A DNA stretch of 63,993 nt, counting the filler. It is 4 parts of 4 records of this genome, joined end to end, with 100 filler letters (N's around TTAATTAATTAA, not from the genome) between each part and the next. Parts side by side here need not be neighbours in the genome. Positions count along the whole stretch, not along the records: positions 1 to 20,197 come from DRR378314_274; positions 20,298 to 43,010 come from DRR378314_277; 2 more parts are not named here. One strand, 5' to 3'. The first letter of the stretch is position 1. Every line of letters begins with the position of its first letter. Position numbers and translations under genes: made by a program. This document shows, in pieces, positions 10,132-20,747 of the stretch. The notes under the pieces were generated by a model, which did no database searches, was not told where the DNA came from, and was given only the letters and a program-made list of their open reading frames with translations.

Positions 10132-10251
10132 GGCTGGCCCTCCCCTGGGCGCTGGCTGTGAGGTTTGAATCCTGGGTCGTGAGTGACGTCCAAGATACCC
10201 GAAGCCGCCGCCAACGGCGTTTTTGTTTACCGGAATTTACAGCCGGTGGAA

Positions 10252-10713
10252 TCAGTCGGGCTTAAGCAGACGCGGGCCGGGGCCGTCCTCGGACAACTCA
10301 TCCAGCGGGTTGCGAAGCCGGCAAGCGTTGATCGACAAACACCCGCAGCCGATGCAGCCGTCGAGCTGGTCACGGAGCTGCGTCAGGCTTTGAATGCGCT
10401 CGTTCAGATCATGGCGCCAATGCGCCGACAGCCGCTTCCAGTCGTGGGCGTTGGGGGTGCGGCCGTCCGGCAGCTCCGCCAGCGCCCGGCCGATCTCCGC
10501 CAGTGGAATACCGATCCGCTGCGCCACCTTGATCACCGCCACGCGGCGCAGCACGTCACGGCTGTAGCGGCGCTGGTTGCCGCTGCTCCGATGACTGTGG
10601 ATCAGCCCCTTTTTCTCGTAGAAGTGTAATGCCGACACCGCCACGCCACTGCGCCGGGCCACTTCCCCCGGCGTCAGCGCCTTGCCGATATCGGCGGCCG
10701 CTATCTTGCTCAT
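10252..10713 (-). CDS. soxR: Redox-sensitive transcriptional activator SoxR
   Basis: MerR HTH ([17 protein letters not shown]), GNQRRY, [2Fe-2S] motif [12 protein letters not shown]. Confidence 0.95.
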   Translation of the reverse strand: MSKIAAADIGKALTPGEVARRSGVAVSALHFYEKKGLIHSHRSSGNQRRYSRDVLRRVAVIKVAQRIGIPLAEIGRALAELPDGRTPNAHDWKRLSAHWRHDLNERIQSLTQLRDQLDGCIGCGCLSINACRLRNPLDELSEDGPGPRLLKPD

Positions 10714-10737
10714 CGTGACAACCTTTCCCAATGGCTA

Positions 10738-10768
10738 TTGATCTCAACCTTACTTCAGGTCTCAAAGT
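10738..10768 (+). promoter_or_regulatory. SoxR-dependent promoter with sox box
   Basis: TTGATC (-35, 10738-10743), 19-nt spacer, CAAAGT (-10-like); TCTCAACCTTACTTCAGG at 10742-10759 matches the canonical CCTCAAGTTAACTTGAGG at 13/18 positions. Confidence 0.75.
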
Positions 10769-10806
10769 GCCGTCCAACGATCAGCACACAAGTGAGGAGA
10801 CCAACC

Positions 10807-11379
10807 ATGTCAAAACCCATCAAGGTCGCGGTGATCTACGGCAGTGTCCGCAACGGAAGACTCTGTGACGCGGTTGCCGGCTGGGTGGCCGACCGGGTCG
10901 AGGCGCGCGCCGACTATACGCTGGATATCATCGACCCTCTTGCCGAGGGTCTCACCGATTTACGCGGTACCGACGGCGCGACGGAGAAGGCCATCGCCGC
11001 CCGCCTCAGCCGGGCCGACGCCTTCATCGTGGTGACGCCCGAGTACAATCACAGCTTCCCGGCGGCGCTGAAGCACTTCATCGACGGCTTCAATGAACCC
11101 TGGCACGCCAAACCGGTGGCGTTCGTCTCCTACGGCGGTCTTTCCGGGGGCAGCCGCGCCGTGGAACAACTGCGCCAGATATTCGCCGAACTGCACGCCA
11201 CCACCATCCGTCAGGTGGTCAGCTTCCCCAACGTGTGGGCGCACTTCGACCCGCAGCACCGCTGGCGGGATATGGAACGGGAGGACCGCAACCTGAACGT
11301 ATTGCTGACGCAATTGCGCTGGTGGGCGTCCGCGCTGCGCGACGCCCGGGCGGGCGCCGACTACCGGACGGTGTCATGA
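10807..11379 (+). CDS. NADPH-dependent FMN reductase
   Basis: [46 protein letters not shown]. Confidence 0.9.
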   Translation: MSKPIKVAVIYGSVRNGRLCDAVAGWVADRVEARADYTLDIIDPLAEGLTDLRGTDGATEKAIAARLSRADAFIVVTPEYNHSFPAALKHFIDGFNEPWHAKPVAFVSYGGLSGGSRAVEQLRQIFAELHATTIRQVVSFPNVWAHFDPQHRWRDMEREDRNLNVLLTQLRWWASALRDARAGADYRTVS

Positions 11380-11485
11380 ACCCGTGCACGACCGGGGCCT
11401 GTCGTCTCAGGCATACTACGGTGTCGTTTTTCGCGGCGCCCGAACGACACACCGGGAGCGCAACAAAAACATTCAAGGAGTGGTC

Positions 11486-12457
11486 GTGAGTCCTATCATT
11501 TCCGTGCAACAACTCAACAAGACCTATGACTCCGGCTTCCAGGCTCTCAAGGACGTGAATCTGGAAATACGCCGGGGCGAGATTTTTGCCTTGCTGGGCC
11601 CCAACGGCGCCGGCAAGACGACCCTGATCAGCGTCATCTGCGGCATCGTCAATCCCACCGCCGGCACCGTGCTGGCCGACGGCCATGACATCGTGCGGGA
11701 TTTCCGCGCCGCCCGGTCCACCATCGGCCTGGTGCCCCAGGAGCTGTCCACCGACGCCTTCGAGACGGTCTGGGCCACGGTCACGTTCAGCCGCGGGCTG
11801 TTCGGCAAGCCCAAGAACCCGGCCTATGTGGAGAAAGTGCTGCGTGACCTGTCCCTGTGGGACAAGCGCAAGGAAAAGATCATCGCCCTGTCCGGCGGCA
11901 TGAAACGGCGCGTGATGATCGCCAAGGCCCTCGCCCATGAACCGCGCATTCTGTTTCTCGACGAGCCCACCGCCGGTGTCGACGTGGAGCTGCGCCGGGA
12001 TATGTGGGAAATGGTGCGCGGCCTGCGCGAAAACGGTGTCACCATTATTCTCACCACCCACTACATCGAGGAAGCGGAGGAGATGGCCGACCGGGTCGGC
12101 GTGATCAACCGGGGTGAGATTGTGCTGGTGGAAAACAAGCACACCCTGATGGAGAAGCTGGGCCGCAAGGAACTGCGCCTGCAGCTTTCCGAGCCGCTGT
12201 CGGCGGTGCCGGAAAGCCTGGCGCCGATGTCCTTGACGTTGTCCGCCGACGGCCACGAGCTGGTGTACAGCTTCGACGCCCGCCACGAGCACGGCGACAT
12301 CGCCGGCCTGCTGCGCCGCCTGGGCGAGCTGGGCATTGAGTTCCGCGATCTGCGCACGCGGGAAAGCTCGCTGGAAGAAATCTTCGTCGACCTGGTCCAC
12401 AACGGCACACCGGGCGGCACGGACACCCCGCAACCCGCGGCCGGAGACAGCCAATGA
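11486..12457 (+). CDS. ABC transporter ATP-binding protein (YadG-like)
   Basis: Walker [35 protein letters not shown] start after AAGGAG. Confidence 0.92.
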   Translation: MSPIISVQQLNKTYDSGFQALKDVNLEIRRGEIFALLGPNGAGKTTLISVICGIVNPTAGTVLADGHDIVRDFRAARSTIGLVPQELSTDAFETVWATVTFSRGLFGKPKNPAYVEKVLRDLSLWDKRKEKIIALSGGMKRRVMIAKALAHEPRILFLDEPTAGVDVELRRDMWEMVRGLRENGVTIILTTHYIEEAEEMADRVGVINRGEIVLVENKHTLMEKLGRKELRLQLSEPLSAVPESLAPMSLTLSADGHELVYSFDARHEHGDIAGLLRRLGELGIEFRDLRTRESSLEEIFVDLVHNGTPGGTDTPQPAAGDSQ

Positions 12458-13215
12458 ACCTGCATGCGATTCGCGCGATCTATCTTTTCGAAATGGCCCG
12501 CACCTGGCGCACCCTGATGCAGAGCATCGCTTCGCCGGTGATTTCCACCTCGCTGTATTTCGTGGTGTTCGGTTCGGCGATCGGGTCACGCATGGTGGAG
12601 ATCGACGGCATCAGCTACGGCGCCTTCATCATCCCCGGGCTGATCATGCTGATGCTGCTCAACGAGAGCATCTCCAACGCCTCGTTCGGTATTTACATGC
12701 CCAAGTTCAGCGGCACCATTTACGAGGTGCTGTCGGCGCCGGTGTCCTATGTGGAGGTGGTGCTCGGCTATGTGGGCGCCGCCGCCAGCAAGTCGATCAT
12801 TCTCGGCCTGCTGATTCTCGCCACCTCACGGTTGTTCGTGGATTTCGGCATCGAGCATCCGTTCGCCATGTTGTTCTTCCTGGTGCTCACGGCGGTGACG
12901 TTCAGCCTGTTCGGCTTCATCATCGGCATCTGGGCGGACGGTTTCGAGAAGCTGCAGATCATCCCGATGATGATCGTCACGCCGCTGACGTTCCTGGGCG
13001 GCACCTTCTACTCGGTGAACATGCTGCCGCCGTTCTGGCAAACGGTGACGCTGTTCAACCCGGTGGTGTACCTGATCAGCGGCTTCCGCTGGAGCTTCTA
13101 CGGCGTGGCCGATGTGAACGTGGCGGTGAGCCTGGGCATGACGGTGATGTTCATGCTGCTGTGCCTGGCCACCATCTGGTGGATTTTCAAAACCGGATAC
13201 CGGCTGAAAAGTTAA
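12454..13215 (+). CDS. ABC-2 type transporter permease (YadH-like)
   Basis: Multiple TM segments, [23 protein letters not shown] overlap with the ATPase gene. Confidence 0.9.
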   Translation: MNLHAIRAIYLFEMARTWRTLMQSIASPVISTSLYFVVFGSAIGSRMVEIDGISYGAFIIPGLIMLMLLNESISNASFGIYMPKFSGTIYEVLSAPVSYVEVVLGYVGAAASKSIILGLLILATSRLFVDFGIEHPFAMLFFLVLTAVTFSLFGFIIGIWADGFEKLQIIPMMIVTPLTFLGGTFYSVNMLPPFWQTVTLFNPVVYLISGFRWSFYGVADVNVAVSLGMTVMFMLLCLATIWWIFKTGYRLKS

Positions 13216-13499
13216 TCCCGGTGTTCTTTATCCCGGGCCTGACGGCTGGCTTCGGCAAGCTTCTCCATCTCCTCGCGGGACATGTAGTCCAGGTCCCAGT
13301 GGCTGGTGTGGCTTTCCTTCAGCCGGCGGCGGCCGCGGTGCAGATCCTCCGGGTCGTCGTCCGGGTGGGCGGCGCCGTGCTCGCCCATATGGGTGTGGGG
13401 GCCCGGTTCCGGATAGTGCATGCGCACCTCGGCGTCTTCCCGGGCGGGTTCAGGCGCCCCGCCGAACAACCGGCGAAGCTTTTCAAACAATGCGTTCAT
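13212..13499 (-). CDS. Small hypothetical His/acid-rich protein (95 aa)
   Basis: ATG at 13499 preceded by AGGAG RBS; fills an otherwise empty gap; stop overlaps the permease stop. Confidence 0.6.
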   Translation of the reverse strand: MNALFEKLRRLFGGAPEPAREDAEVRMHYPEPGPHTHMGEHGAAHPDDDPEDLHRGRRRLKESHTSHWDLDYMSREEMEKLAEASRQARDKEHRD

Positions 13500-13579
13500 G
13501 GTATCTCCTGGCCGGCGTTTTAACGTCCACGTCCGACGCTTATCATGGTGCACCTTACTACCGGGAAACGGAAACCGTT

Positions 13580-13897
13580 GTGAACCTGAATCTCACCGAT
13601 CTTCTTCTGCTCGCGGCGCTGGCCATCGGCGCGGCGCTGTTCTGGCGCTCCCAGCGCATTCGCGAAACGGCGCTGCGCGCCACCCGGCGGCATTGCGAGC
13701 GCGAAGAGGTTCTGCTGCTCGACCAGACCGTGGGCCTCAAGCGCTTCCGCCTGGCCCGTGACGAGCGCGGCCGCTGGGGCCTGTGGCGCATCTACGCCTT
13801 TGAGTTCACGGTCACCGGCGGCGAACGCTACCAAGGCGAAACCCGGCTGCGCGGGGAGCGCGTCCACAGCGTGGTGCTGCCGCCGCACCGTTTCTAG
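13580..13897 (+). CDS. DUF3301-like membrane-anchored protein
   Basis: N-terminal TM helix, then C...LLDQTV, YAFEFT..G..RYQG pattern; GTG start inferred. Confidence 0.75.
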   Translation: MNLNLTDLLLLAALAIGAALFWRSQRIRETALRATRRHCEREEVLLLDQTVGLKRFRLARDERGRWGLWRIYAFEFTVTGGERYQGETRLRGERVHSVVLPPHRF

Positions 13898-13998
13898 TTC
13901 CCAGCCTCGGGGCCTTTTACACCTTTTTCCCTTCCCTCCCTTTTCACGCTTCCTTGATCGGCGTACCCCTTGAAGGGCATTTCCGTCAGGAGGCAAGG

Positions 13999-15186
13999 AT
14001 GTCCTACGCTGACCGAGTCGAACGCATACAGCCGTCGCTGACGCTGAAGATCAACGCCGAAGCGGCGGCCATCCAGGCCGATCACCGCGGCGGCGACGCG
14101 GTGGCCCGCCTGGGCGCCGGCGAACCGGATTTCGCGACCCCGGACGGCGTCAAACGCGCCGCCCACCAGGCCATCGACCAGGGGTTCACCCACTACACCG
14201 CGGTGGACGGCTACGATGGCCTCAAGCACGCGGTGCGCGAAAAATTCCGCCGTGATAACGACCTGCATTTTCAAGACGATCAGATCCTGGTGACCTGCGG
14301 CGCCAAGCAGGCGCTTTACGATCTCTGCCAGACGCTGCTGCGCCCCGGCGACGAGGCGGTGGTGCCGCGCCCCTACTGGGTCACCTACCCCGCCCAGGTG
14401 ACGCTGGCCGAGGCGCAGACCGTCTATCTGGATCTCGACGCCGAGGACGGTTACCGGCCGCGCGCCGAGCGCCTGGACGCGGCGCTCACCGACGCCACCC
14501 GGCTGGTGTTCCTGAACAGCCCCAACAACCCCACCGGGCGCCTCTACGACCGCGACACCCTGAACGCCCTGGCCGCGGTGCTGCGCCGCTACCCGCGGGT
14601 GTTCGTGGTCAGCGACGACATCTACGAGCACCTGAACTGGACCGGCCAACCGTTTCGCAACCTGCTCAACGTGGCGCCGGATCTGGCGGACCGCTGCTTC
14701 ATCGTCAACGGCGTGTCCAAGGCCTACGCCATGACCGGCTGGCGGGTGGGCTTCGTGGCCGGCCCCGCCGAGGCCATCGCGGCGATGAAAAAGGTGCAGG
14801 GTCAGAGCACCGCCGGCGCCGCCAGCATCAGCCAGTACGCCGCCACGGAAGCGCTGCTCGGCGACCAGACGCCGGTGCGGCGCATGGTGGAGGCCTACCG
14901 GCGCCGCCACGACCACATCGTGCCGGCGCTGAACGAGATACCCGGCGTGCAGTGCCCGCGCTCGGACGGCACCTTCTACGCCTTCCCGGATGTGCGCGAG
15001 GCGATCGCGCGCCTGGACGGCATCGACAACGACCGCCAGCTGGCCGAGGCGCTGCTGCACAGGGCCGGCGTGGCGGTGGTGCCGGGCAGCGGCTTCGGCG
15101 CCCCCGGACGGCTGCGGGTGTCGTTCGCCGCCGACATGCACACCATCGAAACCGGCTTGCGCAGGCTGCGTGAGTTTTTGCGATAG
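13999..15186 (+). CDS. Class I PLP-dependent (aspartate-type) aminotransferase
   Basis: GEPDF, NSPNNPTG, SDDIYE, NGVSKAYAMTGWRVG (PLP lysine); AGGAGG RBS. Confidence 0.92.
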   Translation: MSYADRVERIQPSLTLKINAEAAAIQADHRGGDAVARLGAGEPDFATPDGVKRAAHQAIDQGFTHYTAVDGYDGLKHAVREKFRRDNDLHFQDDQILVTCGAKQALYDLCQTLLRPGDEAVVPRPYWVTYPAQVTLAEAQTVYLDLDAEDGYRPRAERLDAALTDATRLVFLNSPNNPTGRLYDRDTLNALAAVLRRYPRVFVVSDDIYEHLNWTGQPFRNLLNVAPDLADRCFIVNGVSKAYAMTGWRVGFVAGPAEAIAAMKKVQGQSTAGAASISQYAATEALLGDQTPVRRMVEAYRRRHDHIVPALNEIPGVQCPRSDGTFYAFPDVREAIARLDGIDNDRQLAEALLHRAGVAVVPGSGFGAPGRLRVSFAADMHTIETGLRRLREFLR

Positions 15187-15199
15187 CCAAGGAGGCAGT

Positions 15200-16978
15200 A
15201 TGAGCAAGGCAACGGTAGGCGACTTCATTGTCGATCGCTTGCAGCAATGGGGCATCGACCGCGTGTTCGGTTATTCCGGTGACGGCATCAACGGCGTGAT
15301 GAGCGCGCTGCGCCGCAACGACGGCGTGACCCTGGTGCAACCCCGCCACGAGGAACTGGCTGCGTTCATGGCCTGCGGGCACGCCAAATACTCCGGCCGC
15401 CCGGGCGCCGTGGTGACCACCTCCGGCCCGGGGGCGATTCACGCCCTCAACGGCCTTTACGACGCCGCCAAGGACCATATGCCGGTGGTCGCGGTGGTCG
15501 GCCAGCAGGCGCGCATCAGCCTGGGTTCGGACTTCCAGCAGGAGGTGGACCTGGGCAGTCTGTTCAAGGACGCCGCCGGCTACGTGCAGACGCTGATGGC
15601 ACCGGCCCAGGCGCGCCACGTGATCGACCGGGCGGTGCGCATCGCCGAGGCGGAGCGCACCGTCAGCGTGGTGGTGGTGCCCAATGATCTGCAGGACGAG
15701 CCCATGGCGGAGCCACCCGGCGGCCACGGCGCCACCTGGTCCGGGGTCGGCTACCGGCCGTCGGTGCGGCACGCCGCCGCCACCGACCTGGACGCCGCCG
15801 CCGAGGTGCTCAACGCCGGCGAAAAAGTGGCGATCCTGGCCGGCGCCGGGGTCAAGGACGCCGTCGAGCCGCTGCTGAAGCTGTCCGACGCGCTGGGCGC
15901 CGGCATCGCCAAGGCGGTGCTCGCCAAGACCATGATTTCCGATTACCAGCCGGGCGTCACCGGCACCCTGGGGTTGCTGGGCACCGAACCCAGTGACCGC
16001 ATGATGCGCCATTGCGACACCCTGCTGCTGGTGGGCACCAGCTTCCCCTACGCGGAGTTTCTGCCCGAGGAGGATCAGGCGCGCGCGGTGCAGATCGACA
16101 TCGACGCGGCCAACCTGGGGCTGCGCTACCCCACCGAGGTGAACCTGCACGGCGACGCCGCCGCCACCCTGCAAGCGCTGCTGGAGCGGGTCACGCCGAA
16201 ACAGGACACAAGCTGGCGCGCGGATCTGGAAGAACGGATCGCCGACTGGTGGGACACCGTCGAAGCGCGCGCCTACACCAGCGCCGAGCCGCTTAATCCG
16301 CAGCGCATTTTCTGGGAGCTGTCGTCACGGCTGCCGGACGACACCCGGCTGGCCGCCGACGTGGGCACCGCCACCGACTGGTACGCGCGCTTTCTGAAGG
16401 TCAACGGCAAGGTGCAAGGCACCACCTCCGGCGGGCTCGCCTCCATGGGCAACGGCGTGCCCTACGCCCTGGCGGCGAAGTTCGCCGAGCCGGACAAACC
16501 GGTGGTGGCCATGGTCGGCGACGGCGCCATGCAGATGATCGGCAATAACGGGCTGATCACCGCCGCCCACTATTGGCGGGAATGGCCGGACCCGAGACTG
16601 GTGATTCTGGTGCTGAACAACCGCGACCTGAACCAGGTGACCTGGGAGCAGCGGGTGATGGAAGGCGATCCCAAGTACGAATCGTCCCAGGCGCTGCCGG
16701 ATTTCGACTACGACCGCTACGCGGAGATGCTGGGGTTGCGCGGCCTGCGGCTGGACGACCCGGACCAGGTGGTGGCGGTGCTGGAGGACGCCCTCAACGC
16801 GGACCGTCCGGTGGTGATCAACGCGGTGGTGGATCCCAACGTGCCACCGCTGCCCACCCATCTGGAGATGGATCAGGTAAAGGGCTACCTGAGCTCGATC
16901 CTGAAAGGCGACCCGGAGGCCGGCCCGCAGATCCGCCAGTCGGTCAAGGCGATGGCGGCCAAATATCTGAAACGCTGA
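15200..16978 (+). CDS. Thiamine diphosphate-dependent enzyme (pyruvate oxidase-like)
   Basis: FGYSGDGING, RHEELAAFMA, TSGPGAIHALNGLYDA, ThDP motif GDGAMQM...NN; AAGGAGG RBS. Confidence 0.9.
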   Translation: MSKATVGDFIVDRLQQWGIDRVFGYSGDGINGVMSALRRNDGVTLVQPRHEELAAFMACGHAKYSGRPGAVVTTSGPGAIHALNGLYDAAKDHMPVVAVVGQQARISLGSDFQQEVDLGSLFKDAAGYVQTLMAPAQARHVIDRAVRIAEAERTVSVVVVPNDLQDEPMAEPPGGHGATWSGVGYRPSVRHAAATDLDAAAEVLNAGEKVAILAGAGVKDAVEPLLKLSDALGAGIAKAVLAKTMISDYQPGVTGTLGLLGTEPSDRMMRHCDTLLLVGTSFPYAEFLPEEDQARAVQIDIDAANLGLRYPTEVNLHGDAAATLQALLERVTPKQDTSWRADLEERIADWWDTVEARAYTSAEPLNPQRIFWELSSRLPDDTRLAADVGTATDWYARFLKVNGKVQGTTSGGLASMGNGVPYALAAKFAEPDKPVVAMVGDGAMQMIGNNGLITAAHYWREWPDPRLVILVLNNRDLNQVTWEQRVMEGDPKYESSQALPDFDYDRYAEMLGLRGLRLDDPDQVVAVLEDALNADRPVVINAVVDPNVPPLPTHLEMDQVKGYLSSILKGDPEAGPQIRQSVKAMAAKYLKR

Positions 16979-16983
16979 ATCAC

Positions 16984-17006
16984 GGCCGGGGCGCTCGGCC
17001 CCGGCC
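16984..17006. terminator. GC-rich hairpin between convergent genes
   Basis: GGCCGGGGC-GCTCG-GCCCCGGCC perfect 9-bp stem; no U-tract. Confidence 0.5.
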
Positions 17007-17015
17007 ACGGCGCGT

Positions 17016-17489
17016 TCAGATGTGCTTGAGCACGGTCTGGGCGCTGCTGTCTTCCACGCCCTTTTCATCCACGCCCAGGTATTCCACCACGCCGTCATTG
17101 GCGACCAGCGCGAAGCGTTTGCTGCGGATGCCCATGCCGCCGCCGGTGGCGTCCAGTTCCAACCCCAGGGCTTTGACGAATTCCGCGTTGCCGTCCGCCA
17201 GCATGGTGATGCGCTCGGCGTTCTGATCCTTCTGCCAGGCGTCCATCACGAAGGCGTCGTTGGTGGCCAGGCAGGCGATCACGTCCACCTTGGAGAGCAG
17301 CTCGTCCGCTTCCACCACGAAGCCGGGCATGTGGGTGTTGGAACACCCCGGAGTGAACGCACCGGGCACCGCGAACAACACCACTTTACGGCCTTTGAAA
17401 AACTCGCCGGTGGAGAGGTCCTCGGGGCCCTTGGCGCCGTTGGTCTTGATGGTGACGTCGGGAATCTTATCGCCTACGGAAATAGTCAT
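17016..17489 (-). CDS. Peroxiredoxin, Prx5/type II family
   Basis: FAVPGAFTPGCSNTHMPGF (peroxidatic Cys), NDAFVM, RSKRFA. Confidence 0.92.
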   Translation of the reverse strand: MTISVGDKIPDVTIKTNGAKGPEDLSTGEFFKGRKVVLFAVPGAFTPGCSNTHMPGFVVEADELLSKVDVIACLATNDAFVMDAWQKDQNAERITMLADGNAEFVKALGLELDATGGGMGIRSKRFALVANDGVVEYLGVDEKGVEDSSAQTVLKHI

Positions 17490-17673
17490 GGGTCGATCCT
17501 TTTAACCTGGAAATTGTGAAGGACTTGGAATGTAACAGGTTCCCGCGCCCGGCGCCGAATACTGCCACGCAGTGAACGTAAAAGTCTGTTTTGGACACCG
17601 CCCCCGGGTTGCCCCGCGCGCCGGCAGGCCCCAGGTTGTGGGGCATCGCTATGCAACCGCAAGGACGGAACCA

Positions 17674-18354
17674 ATGAGCCAGACCATCGTAATCACCGGT
17701 GCCAACCGTGGCATCGGCTATGACATGGCGCGCCTGTGGAAAGCGCGCGGCAATCACGTTATCGCGGTGTGCCGCTCGTCCGCCGTGAAGAAGGGCGGCG
17801 AAGACCTGCACGATCTGGGCGTGCGCGTTATCGAGGGCATCGACGTGAGCCGCGCCGAGGACGTGCAAACGCTCAAACAGGAACTGGGCGACACCCCCGT
17901 GGACGTGCTCTACAACAACGCCGGCATGATGGAGAGCGAAACCCTGGAGGACATGAACTTCGAGCAGATCCAGAAGCAGTTCGAAGTGAACACCCTGGGC
18001 CCGTTGCGCGTCACCCATGCCCTGCTGGACAACCTCGGTGACGGCGCCAAGGTGGGCCTAATGACCTCGCGCATGGGCTCCATCGCCGATAACGATTCCG
18101 GCAAGAAGTACGGCTACCGCATCAGCAAGGCCGGGCTCAACGCCGCCGGCAAATCCCTCGCCGTGGACCTGAAGGACAAGGGCATCGCCGTGGCCATTCT
18201 GCACCCGGGCTATGTGCAGACCGACATGACCGGCCACACCGGGCACATCACCGCCGAGAAGGCCGCCCACCGCCTGGTGCAGCGCATGGACGAGCTCAAC
18301 CTGGACAACACCGGCACCTTCTGGCACTCCGACGGCAGCGAGCTGCCCTGGTAA
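17674..18354 (+). CDS. Short-chain dehydrogenase/reductase (CsgA-like)
   Basis: ITGANRGIG, NNAG, YRISK (YxxxK), HPGYVQTDM, C-terminal LPW. Confidence 0.9.
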   Translation: MSQTIVITGANRGIGYDMARLWKARGNHVIAVCRSSAVKKGGEDLHDLGVRVIEGIDVSRAEDVQTLKQELGDTPVDVLYNNAGMMESETLEDMNFEQIQKQFEVNTLGPLRVTHALLDNLGDGAKVGLMTSRMGSIADNDSGKKYGYRISKAGLNAAGKSLAVDLKDKGIAVAILHPGYVQTDMTGHTGHITAEKAAHRLVQRMDELNLDNTGTFWHSDGSELPW

Positions 18355-18363
18355 GCCGCTCCG

Positions 18364-18387
18364 GGCCGGTGCCCGAAAACACCGGCC
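18364..18387 (+). terminator. Hairpin downstream of the SDR gene
   Basis: GGCCGGTG-N8-CACCGGCC inverted repeat 10 nt after the stop; no clear U-tract. Confidence 0.4.
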
Positions 18388-18487
18388 GCGCTGATCATTC
18401 CGGTCATGTCATCGGCACGGCGGCTTGATATGCTGCATAGAACTCACCGGTTCTACATTGCCAGCCGCACGCTGCAAGGAGCGCCCC

Positions 18488-19738
18488 ATGACCGCCATGA
18501 TCCGCGAGCCCCTCACCGATCCGGCCCGCCTTAACCGGGTCGGCGACCCGGACCGCCCCGGCATGCGGCGCGGTCGGCGCCTGTTCAAATGGCTGCTCGG
18601 CTCCGACCCGCACCCGACGCCGGGGCAGATGGCGTCGATCCGCCAGGCGATGCTGGCCGGGGACCCGCTCGCCGACGCGGTGGTCGCCATGTACCACCGC
18701 CTGCCCGCGGGCCAGGGCCGCAAACTGCTGGACCAGGCCCTGGAACAGGGCCTGCACACCCTCGACGATCCGCCGGAAGAACTGACCGCCCTGTTTCACC
18801 AGGTCGACCACGAACCCATCTGGCTGGACCGGGCGCAGCTGCGGCTGGCCTGCGAGGTCTCCCACCGGGTGGGCCTGGCCGGCGAGCTGGTGCTGCGCAA
18901 TCTGTCCCTGATGGGCGGCTATCTGGCGGCGGCGGCGGCCAAGCCGCTGGCGTTCACCGGCGAGCTGGACCGCATGGCCAACCGGCGGCTGGTGGAGACC
19001 GGCAAATTCTGGATCGACGTGACCACCCCCGGCGGCCTGGAGCGGGACCGGGACGGCTTCAAAAGCGCCGTGCGCGTGCGCCTGATGCACGCCCAGGTGC
19101 GCGCCATGCTGCTCAAGTCGGACAAGTGGGACCCGGCCTGGGGGCACCCGCTGAACCAGTGGGATTCCATGGCCACGATCCTGGAATTTTCGGTGATCTT
19201 TCTCTCCGGCCTGCGCTCGCTGGGCTTTCTGTTCAGCAAGCGCGAACGGGAAGCGGTGGTGCACCTGTGGCGCTACGTGGGCTACCTGATGGGCGTGGAC
19301 GAACGCCTGCTGCCGGCCTGCGAGGCGGATGCCATGCGCGCGCTCTACCAGGTGATCGCCACCATCGGCGAGAGCGACGAGGACAGCCGCCGCCTGGGCG
19401 AGGCGCTGGCCCGGGCCTCGCTGCAAGACAGCGGCGACGGCTGGCTGGCGAAGCGTCTCGGCAAGCTGGAATACACCCTGCGCGCCGGCTATACCCGCTA
19501 CGTCCTGGGCGACGACGCCGGCGACAAGCTGGGGCTGCCGCGCACCGCCACCAAGTACGTGTGGCCGGCGCAGATACCGTTACGTTTGGGCGCGGAGCTG
19601 GTGCGCAAGAGCGTGCCGTCGGTGAACCGGAGCCTGATACGGCTGGGCGAACGGGCGCGCCGGGAGCAGTTCCCGAAACGGGTCCAGCGGCTGAAAGCGG
19701 ACACCAGCTTTACGCCGGTGAAGAAACTGGCCCGCTAG
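18488..19738 (+). CDS. MpaB/DUF2236 (latex clearing protein-like) oxygenase family protein
   Basis: GDPLADAVV, RLVETGKF, VRVRLMHAQVR, WGHPLNQWD, HLWRYVGYLMGV. Confidence 0.85.
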   Translation: MTAMIREPLTDPARLNRVGDPDRPGMRRGRRLFKWLLGSDPHPTPGQMASIRQAMLAGDPLADAVVAMYHRLPAGQGRKLLDQALEQGLHTLDDPPEELTALFHQVDHEPIWLDRAQLRLACEVSHRVGLAGELVLRNLSLMGGYLAAAAAKPLAFTGELDRMANRRLVETGKFWIDVTTPGGLERDRDGFKSAVRVRLMHAQVRAMLLKSDKWDPAWGHPLNQWDSMATILEFSVIFLSGLRSLGFLFSKREREAVVHLWRYVGYLMGVDERLLPACEADAMRALYQVIATIGESDEDSRRLGEALARASLQDSGDGWLAKRLGKLEYTLRAGYTRYVLGDDAGDKLGLPRTATKYVWPAQIPLRLGAELVRKSVPSVNRSLIRLGERARREQFPKRVQRLKADTSFTPVKKLAR

Positions 19739-19741
19739 CGC

Positions 19742-19772
19742 AAAAAAAAAGCGGCGACAGGGTGTCGCCGCT
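19742..19772 (-). terminator. Rho-independent terminator of the katG transcript
   Basis: AGCGGCGACA-GGG-TGTCGCCGCT stem with an A9 run on its left (U-tract on the minus strand). Confidence 0.85.
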
Positions 19773-19839
19773 AGGGGAAGTCCGCCGGCCTTGCACGGGC
19801 CGGCGGGAGGGTTGCCTGAAAAAGTTCTGAAGCAGGGTG

Positions 19840-20197
<358 letters not shown>

Positions 20198-20297
20198 NNN
20201 NNNNNNNNNNNNNNNNNNNNNNNNNNNNNNNNNNNNNNNNNTTAATTAATTAANNNNNNNNNNNNNNNNNNNNNNNNNNNNNNNNNNNNNNNNNNNN
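20198..20297. other. Artificial contig linker
   Basis: 44 N + TTAATTAATTAA (stops in all six frames) + 44 N. Confidence 0.99.
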
Positions 20298-20747
20298 TAA
20301 TCCTACGTTCAAAGGGTGAAGAGTCCGCATAACGTCTGTTGGGCAAACAGAGATGATCTAACGAAAAGTAAACTCATATCATAAATACCCGTCCACCAGG
20401 TAGAAACGAGTGGTCTAAGTATAGCCGTTCCCCAAGCGGGCAAACGTCTTCCAAGGATACACGTCATGTACAGTGCATGAGTCGCCCAAGCATTTTCTCA
20501 ATTTTATTTATTACAAGTAGTCACAACTTTCGTGTGCATGACTTGATTCCGAGTCTCCAATCCAGCATATCGGCAGAGCGCCGGCGAATGCTCAAAAGCA
20601 AACGAGCCCTCTGCTTACAAACGAGTCACTTAGCCACAAAAAGGTCGGAATATATCTCTCCGAATGGTGCGCTTGCCTTAAACCTACGTTCATTGGATCA
20701 AGAGTCTAAATTTTTAATTACGAAGGGAACTTTCCCCGACAAGTATC

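Noticed and set aside
10155-10180. AGGTTTGAATCCT resembling a tRNA T-arm or att remnant
   Set aside because: Only a 3-bp stem, with no cloverleaf and no integrase nearby
998-19830. Many long antisense or alternate-frame ORFs (e.g. 998-2512, 5535-7142, 13894-15255, 14828-16174, 18589-19830)
   Set aside because: Shadow ORFs of high-GC genes; no family motifs, and they overlap well-supported CDSs
20198-20297. TTAATTAATTAA as a biological repeat or integration site, implying bacterium-to-eukaryote HGT at this junction
   Set aside because: The identical 100-nt N-padded linker occurs three times; it is a synthetic contig separator
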